NCBI GenBank assembly: GCA_044236265.1
Contig: JBIIGV010000047.1
Coordinates: 1 to 20,930 of the forward strand
From: Oligoflexales bacterium
GTDB lineage: Bacteria > Bdellovibrionota_B > Oligoflexia > Oligoflexales > RGVZ01
DNA length: 20,930 bases
Reading direction: 5' to 3'
The notes below the pieces were generated by a model. It did no database searches and was not told where the DNA came from. It saw only the letters and a program-made list of their open reading frames with translations. The position numbers were made by a program, and so were the translations under genes. Positions 16,653 to 20,930 of this stretch are shown piece by piece. Position 1 is the first letter of the stretch, and each line of letters opens with the position of its first letter.

Positions 16653-18041
16653 ATGAAGCTTTTGGTTAGGACCCAATCAATTTTAGCCGGGCTAGCGTTA
16701 ATTTCTTTGTCTTCCTCTTTATTACAAGGGTGTAAAGCGAGGGAGGCAGCAGGTACACGCCTTAAAGTTGTAAACGGGAAACCAATTGCCGATGACTCAG
16801 TGCCGGCAGTCATTCAAATTCAAGTTGCAATGGGCGGAGGTATGTCAGCCGCTTGCACCGCAACATGGGTTAGTGACAGCACTGTGCTAACTGCAGCGCA
16901 CTGTATTACGGATGCACGAGGTGACTCGTCAAAGATTTCAGTCAGCCGCGGCACGGGTAAAGGTTTAAAGGCAGTAAAGCATTACATTCACAGCTCATAC
17001 CTGCGCAGTGAAGCAAATGGTCGCGACATTGCAGTTCTGCAGTTTCCAAAAAATTCATCCAACGTTTTCATCCCCATGGCGCTGACCCAAGCTAAATCTG
17101 GAGATGACCTTATTATCATCGGCTTCGGTAAATTTGATCATAAGATTGGCTCGAGTGGTGGTAAGAAACGGATTGGCACCAATAAGGTTAGAGATGTTGA
17201 TTATGCAGGAAGGATTATGTTCGACGGGATGATCAGTCCTACCGACAAGACTGGAACGGGAGAAAATGTCACTAACTCCCAAGGTGATTCCGGCGGACCA
17301 ATGATTATCAACAATCGCGTGGCGGGAGTTTCGAGCAGCGTCAATTCAAACCCGACACCAGAGGGAAAACTTCGCGGTAATTATGAAAGTGTTCGCTATC
17401 CCGAAACGGAGAGCTGGTTGTTAGGTCTTGCGAAGGCAGGTGTTTATATGGTCGGCATTACGCCAGGAACTGAGAATATCGATCCCGGTAAGATTGATTC
17501 GCCTGCTCCTAGCGGTGGTGCTCCATCTCCTCAGCCAGAAAATAATGGTGGTCCTCAGGACTCAGGAGCTCCTGAAGCTCCTGAAGCTCCTGAAGCACCC
17601 AATGTGCCGGGTTCATCAGCACCTGGTGGTCAAAACGAAATTGCAAACCCACCACAAAATCCTCCACCGTCGAGTTCAGGGGGGTCGGGAACGACAGCTC
17701 TAGACTGCAACCGCGATTACTCCAAGATTCGTCAGGGAGGAACTGGAGTTTGTATAAATAGTTCATCAGGATTTTGTTACAACTATTCAGGAGGCGACGT
17801 TCGCTACAATATGGGCCGAGTCGCGTGTTCATCCAGCGGAGGTAGTCCATCTGGAGTTTCGAGGCCTTCGACACCGAAGCCATCTGACAATAGTCAAGGT
17901 GGTTTGTATGAGTGTAATTTGGATTACAGTAAGATCCGGGCAGGTGGCAGTGGCATCTGTTTGAATGGGTCATCTGGGTTCTGCTATCGATTCAGTTCAG
18001 GAGACGTTCGATACAGTAGTGGATCCGTAACGTGTCCGTAA
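16653..18041 (+). CDS. Lipoprotein S1 (chymotrypsin-fold) serine protease with Pro/Ser/Gly linker and two C-terminal Cys-rich repeats
   Basis: Lipobox LQG-C; mature N-terminus-like VVNG; catalytic triad motifs VLTAAHC, RDIAVL and GDSGGP; AGGGAG RBS. Confidence 0.93.
   Translation: MKLLVRTQSILAGLALISLSSSLLQGCKAREAAGTRLKVVNGKPIADDSVPAVIQIQVAMGGGMSAACTATWVSDSTVLTAAHCITDARGDSSKISVSRGTGKGLKAVKHYIHSSYLRSEANGRDIAVLQFPKNSSNVFIPMALTQAKSGDDLIIIGFGKFDHKIGSSGGKKRIGTNKVRDVDYAGRIMFDGMISPTDKTGTGENVTNSQGDSGGPMIINNRVAGVSSSVNSNPTPEGKLRGNYESVRYPETESWLLGLAKAGVYMVGITPGTENIDPGKIDSPAPSGGAPSPQPENNGGPQDSGAPEAPEAPEAPNVPGSSAPGGQNEIANPPQNPPPSSSGGSGTTALDCNRDYSKIRQGGTGVCINSSSGFCYNYSGGDVRYNMGRVACSSSGGSPSGVSRPSTPKPSDNSQGGLYECNLDYSKIRAGGSGICLNGSSGFCYRFSSGDVRYSSGSVTCP
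17568..17594 (+). repeat. Perfect 9-bp tandem repeat (GCTCCTGAA x3, encoding APE-APE-APE) in the protease linker
   Basis: gctcctgaa gctcctgaa gctcctgaa gca read directly from the sequence. Confidence 0.9.
17706..18035 (+). repeat. Duplicated 41-aa four-cysteine module (17706-17828 and 17913-18035)
   Basis: C-x14-C-x7-C-x16-C in both copies; 28 of 41 residues identical by hand alignment. Confidence 0.9.
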
Positions 18042-18067
18042 CGTTGTTACAAGTTAGCTAAAAACCT

Positions 18068-18099
18068 GCCGGTGGCCTTGCGCTCGCCGGCTCGTTTTT
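18068..18099 (+). terminator. Possible weak intrinsic terminator after the S1 protease
   Basis: GCCGGTG...CGCCGGC stem followed by TCGTTTTT; the stem is imperfect and the U-tract is offset. Confidence 0.4.
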
Positions 18100-18200
18100 A
18101 TGAAGAAAATGTAGTGTATTTGACAGTTTGTAGATCCAAAGTGTTTAGGTTTTTGACAGGCTTAAAACAGCAATGCTCTGAAATTATTGCCCTTATTAAA

Positions 18201-18216
18201 GGGTACGGAGCTTGCA
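18201..18216 (+). promoter_or_regulatory. Candidate sigma54 -24/-12 promoter for the first metalloprotease
   Basis: GGGTACGGAGCTTGCA versus TGGCACG-N4-TTGCW; GG and TTGCA correctly spaced; about 50 nt upstream of ATG 18269. Confidence 0.5.
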
Positions 18217-18268
18217 TGCTTTGTAAAAGGATGGATGTATAACTGCCAAAAAAGTGAGAAATTCCTCG

Positions 18269-19210
18269 ATGACGAAGCCTTGGAAAATCTTTTGGATAGC
18301 CTTGTCTGCAGGTTTTTCGTTGACGTCTTGTCGTCCTCAAGACGCTCAATTGAGTCGTCTCAAATGGGGCATTCATGCTTCAGCGCGTAACGCAAATCTT
18401 TTGAACCTGTTGCCGAATCAGTCCGTAGAGGTCTGTGCGGAAAATCAGGAGTCCATTCCAGCCTCCCATGAGGCCATAAAAAAGTGGTCAGAAGTCATTG
18501 GACGCTGGGGGCATTTCAAAATTCTTGAGTGCGGTAAAGGAGCGGATCTGCGCATCAATATGTCTGGTTACGATGCGACAGGTCTGAACTACTTCACTGC
18601 AAACCCTGGTAAGATCTTTATTTCTTCCAGTGCGTCCGGGGACTATCGCAAAGCCATAATCTTACATGAGTATGGCCACAGCTTTGGACTCTGTGATCAA
18701 TATAAAGACGCTGGTAGCGCAAACTGTTCTGACGATCGCTCACCACGTCAAGAAAACTCAGAAGTTATGGGATCTACAAACCCCGGTAAGCTGACGTTAA
18801 CCCCGGGTGATATCGAGGGGGTGCGCAAGGCTGCCTCGAGTCCGATCGTTCGATCGACCAGAGTCTGGGAGAATTATTTAGCAAACCAGTCTCAAACAAC
18901 GAGCTCACTGCAGTCAGATTATTATGCGATGATTGTGGACACTGGTGTGGCTGAAAATCCTAAGATTGCGGTCAGCGTTCCCGCGGGATCGAGTCTGACG
19001 GTCTGTCCAATTGGGTTTGGGTTTGGAACCTGTGATGCGGGCTCTTCTCGTGCCATGGGTCTTGTCAGAAATCAGTCCGTAAATAACCGGGATATCTATG
19101 TCAGCCAAAATCCGATTGGCAGTTTTATATCAAACGGAAAAGCCCAGTTTGAAATTGTTGTTCCGGGCAACAACAGCAGTAATTTCAAATTTCAAGTCAT
19201 CCGTCGCTAA
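18269..19210 (+). CDS. Lipoprotein zinc metalloprotease (metzincin, HExxHxxGxxD) with C-terminal beta-rich domain
   Basis: Lipobox SLTS-C; ILHEYGHSFGLCD (HEYGH begins at 18665); Met-turn SEVMG; LTPGDIEGVR C-terminal helix. Start may be GTG 18254. Confidence 0.87.
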   Translation: MTKPWKIFWIALSAGFSLTSCRPQDAQLSRLKWGIHASARNANLLNLLPNQSVEVCAENQESIPASHEAIKKWSEVIGRWGHFKILECGKGADLRINMSGYDATGLNYFTANPGKIFISSSASGDYRKAIILHEYGHSFGLCDQYKDAGSANCSDDRSPRQENSEVMGSTNPGKLTLTPGDIEGVRKAASSPIVRSTRVWENYLANQSQTTSSLQSDYYAMIVDTGVAENPKIAVSVPAGSSLTVCPIGFGFGTCDAGSSRAMGLVRNQSVNNRDIYVSQNPIGSFISNGKAQFEIVVPGNNSSNFKFQVIRR

Positions 19211-19380
19211 GCAAAACGAGTCGGAGCTTCCGCGTGAACAACGGACTCGCGAATGATTGTCAAGTTATGGCCCATAATCATTCGTTATTGTGGCGATTCG
19301 CGTCAGCTTGTTAAAATTTAGGCAATCACAAAGTGATTAACTCAAAATGCTGATCGAAAATTCTTGGACAAGGAGAAGCC

Positions 19381-20172
19381 ATGAAACTACTGCGTTGGAG
19401 TTTACTGCCGTTCTTGTATTTGGGTCTTTTTAGTCTTGCATCTTGCAGTCGCCCTGACACTGCGAGTGATCTTGCGTTTATTCCTTGGAGCTCGTCCATG
19501 GTGCGCAATTCAACGATCAGCAGGTCCCTTGAGCCAGAGCTGCACATCTGTCTTCAAGGATCGATGAATCCAGCCGACCTTGAGCGCGTGAAAACCTGGG
19601 CTCGCCGGGCAACATTGACCTGGCTTCGAGCCGTAAAAATGGTGGATGAACGCGTCGTTGGGCGGGTTTTGTTTTCGTGTGAAAAATCTCATTTGCGATT
19701 GAATCTTCGCCCCGGTGGGGGAACATCCTACGCAAGCCCTAGTGTGTCCACAATCTACCTCACTCGCCCTTATGGAACGTGGACCCATGAATTAGGTCAC
19801 GCTCTCGCCGGCTTGAGTGATACGTATTCAGGATCTTCGGCAGGAGTTTGCCGTTCAGGTCAGCCAGAGTCTCTCATGTGCTGGGGGGCTTACGGCCCTC
19901 GCGCCAATCCAGAAAGTTGGAGTACCCAGTGGTTGGATGATATCGCCGGTATCCGTTACAATTATGCGCAGATTTTTGGCGCAAATCAGCAAGCGCCTGG
20001 TTGGGCCGGTTCCGTGGATCCAGAGGCTCCATTGGATCTAGAGCAGCCTTGGCCAGGATATACCAGACTTCGAAGCGATGATGACATAATCAGTTCGCAA
20101 CTGGAGATTTCTGAAGACATCGAGCCCTCGGTGATTGATTACGAAAATCGTCTTGGAAGTATCGATCTGTAA
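19381..20172 (+). CDS. Lipoprotein zinc metalloprotease (metzincin-like, HExxHxxxGxxD)
   Basis: AGGAGA RBS; lipobox SLAS-C; HELGHALAGLSDTY (begins 19786); Met-turn ESLMC; DDIAGIR helix; acidic tail. Confidence 0.87.
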   Translation: MKLLRWSLLPFLYLGLFSLASCSRPDTASDLAFIPWSSSMVRNSTISRSLEPELHICLQGSMNPADLERVKTWARRATLTWLRAVKMVDERVVGRVLFSCEKSHLRLNLRPGGGTSYASPSVSTIYLTRPYGTWTHELGHALAGLSDTYSGSSAGVCRSGQPESLMCWGAYGPRANPESWSTQWLDDIAGIRYNYAQIFGANQQAPGWAGSVDPEAPLDLEQPWPGYTRLRSDDDIISSQLEISEDIEPSVIDYENRLGSIDL

Positions 20173-20352
20173 ATTTGCGTTATTGTATTGGCGATAGCTT
20201 TAGATGACTGTCACGAGTGGCGCAGAGTTTCTGCAACATGCAGGCGCTGTGCCTTGTGCACAATTTTGTCTTTTCATATCTCTCATTTATAATGGTGAAT
20301 GACAGTCCCGTTGGGCACTAACTCCTTAACCATTGTCTCATGTGAGGAATAG

Positions 20353-20930
20353 ATGAAGCACAGGAATGTATCACTAATGCTATGCAGTTTAGTCGTTACG
20401 CTGTCGTGCAAAGAGCGATCAACATCGTCCTTGCAGAGTCGACCAGGTGGTATGAATGGTTCGGAGTCATCCACTTGGATACCCTCCCCAAATCAAGGTA
20501 AGTACATGGACTGTAAGTCCGAAGCTTCGCTAAAGAAAGATTTTCTTGCGCAGTTAAATCAGCACTTGGTGTACGGAGACTTGGCAAAAATCAGATCCAA
20601 GGACAAAGTTGGCGCAGAAATGGCGTCCTATTATCGTGAATCACTTAAAAAAATTGGAGTCAGGCCGAATTTATTTGAGTCTTTGACAGAGGATCGATTG
20701 TTTGATGGTGCAAAAGGTTTTGAATTCACCGTTCGTGGACAGAAAGTAAAGGTTCAGGCTGGGGATGTTTTGCTGAACTTAAGTTTTGGCCAACCTTCTC
20801 GCGCTGGTAACTTCTACGCTAAACGCGGCATGATCCATGCACGATTGGCTATTGGCTACAATGCTGCTGGCGAATTATTGACTTTTGATGGAGGCTGGCA
20901 GGGGTTTTCCAGGTTGAAACAGATGCATTC
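20353..20930 (+). CDS. Lipoprotein, probable permuted papain-like (YiiX/YebB-type NlpC/P60) enzyme; 3' truncated by window and absent from the ORF track
   Basis: Translated by hand: GAGGA RBS, MKHRNVSLMLCSLVVTLS-C-KERSTSSLQ..., open to the window end. Contains VQAGDVLL followed about 20 aa later by MIHARLAI (GD...H order of permuted NlpC/P60). The catalytic Cys would lie beyond the window. Confidence 0.72.
   Translation, partial: MKHRNVSLMLCSLVVTLSCKERSTSSLQSRPGGMNGSESSTWIPSPNQGKYMDCKSEASLKKDFLAQLNQHLVYGDLAKIRSKDKVGAEMASYYRESLKKIGVRPNLFESLTEDRLFDGAKGFEFTVRGQKVKVQAGDVLLNLSFGQPSRAGNFYAKRGMIHARLAIGYNAAGELLTFDGGWQGFSRLKQMH

Noticed and set aside
654..20587. Many short alternative-frame or antisense ORFs in the track (e.g. 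654-1022, 5747-6247, 8331-8570, 11157-11525, 13401-13757, 17509-17973, 18098-18376, 20283-20587)
   Set aside because: They overlap well-supported genes, lack RBS or motifs, and look like shadow ORFs.

Overview
Chromosomal, gene-dense bacterial window (20 supported CDS; no rRNA, tRNA, CRISPR or mobile element seen). The left ~7.6 kb is mostly housekeeping and stress: the end of a metal ABC permease, kup, a Rid-family deaminase, a 6-TM class III adenylate cyclase, a DUF4360-like secreted protein, an ElaB/YqjD-like cluster and cardiolipin synthase. From 7.7 kb to the end, all 11 CDS carry a predicted signal peptide or lipobox. These are: a 4x40-aa Cys-repeat lipoprotein; a candidate lipid-handling quartet (unknown protein, C45 Ntn-hydrolase with TPR, BPI/TULIP-like protein, patatin with a non-canonical active site); a TolC-hairpin-like lipoprotein paired with a receptor-L-domain-like protein; and four tandem lipoprotein peptidases (S1 serine protease, two metzincins, and a permuted papain-like protein that is missing from the ORF track and runs off the end). 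Five unrelated lipoproteins share a short post-lipobox tether, C-[KRS]-x4-6-[STA]-x-L-[KAQ]. In the S1 protease this tether ends exactly at the predicted activation site, suggesting a common release or export signal. Sigma54-like and sigma28-like promoters are visible. The content resembles Bdellovibrionota/Oligoflexia-type predators or scavengers, but that is inference. All family calls come from motif recognition by eye; no database searches were run.
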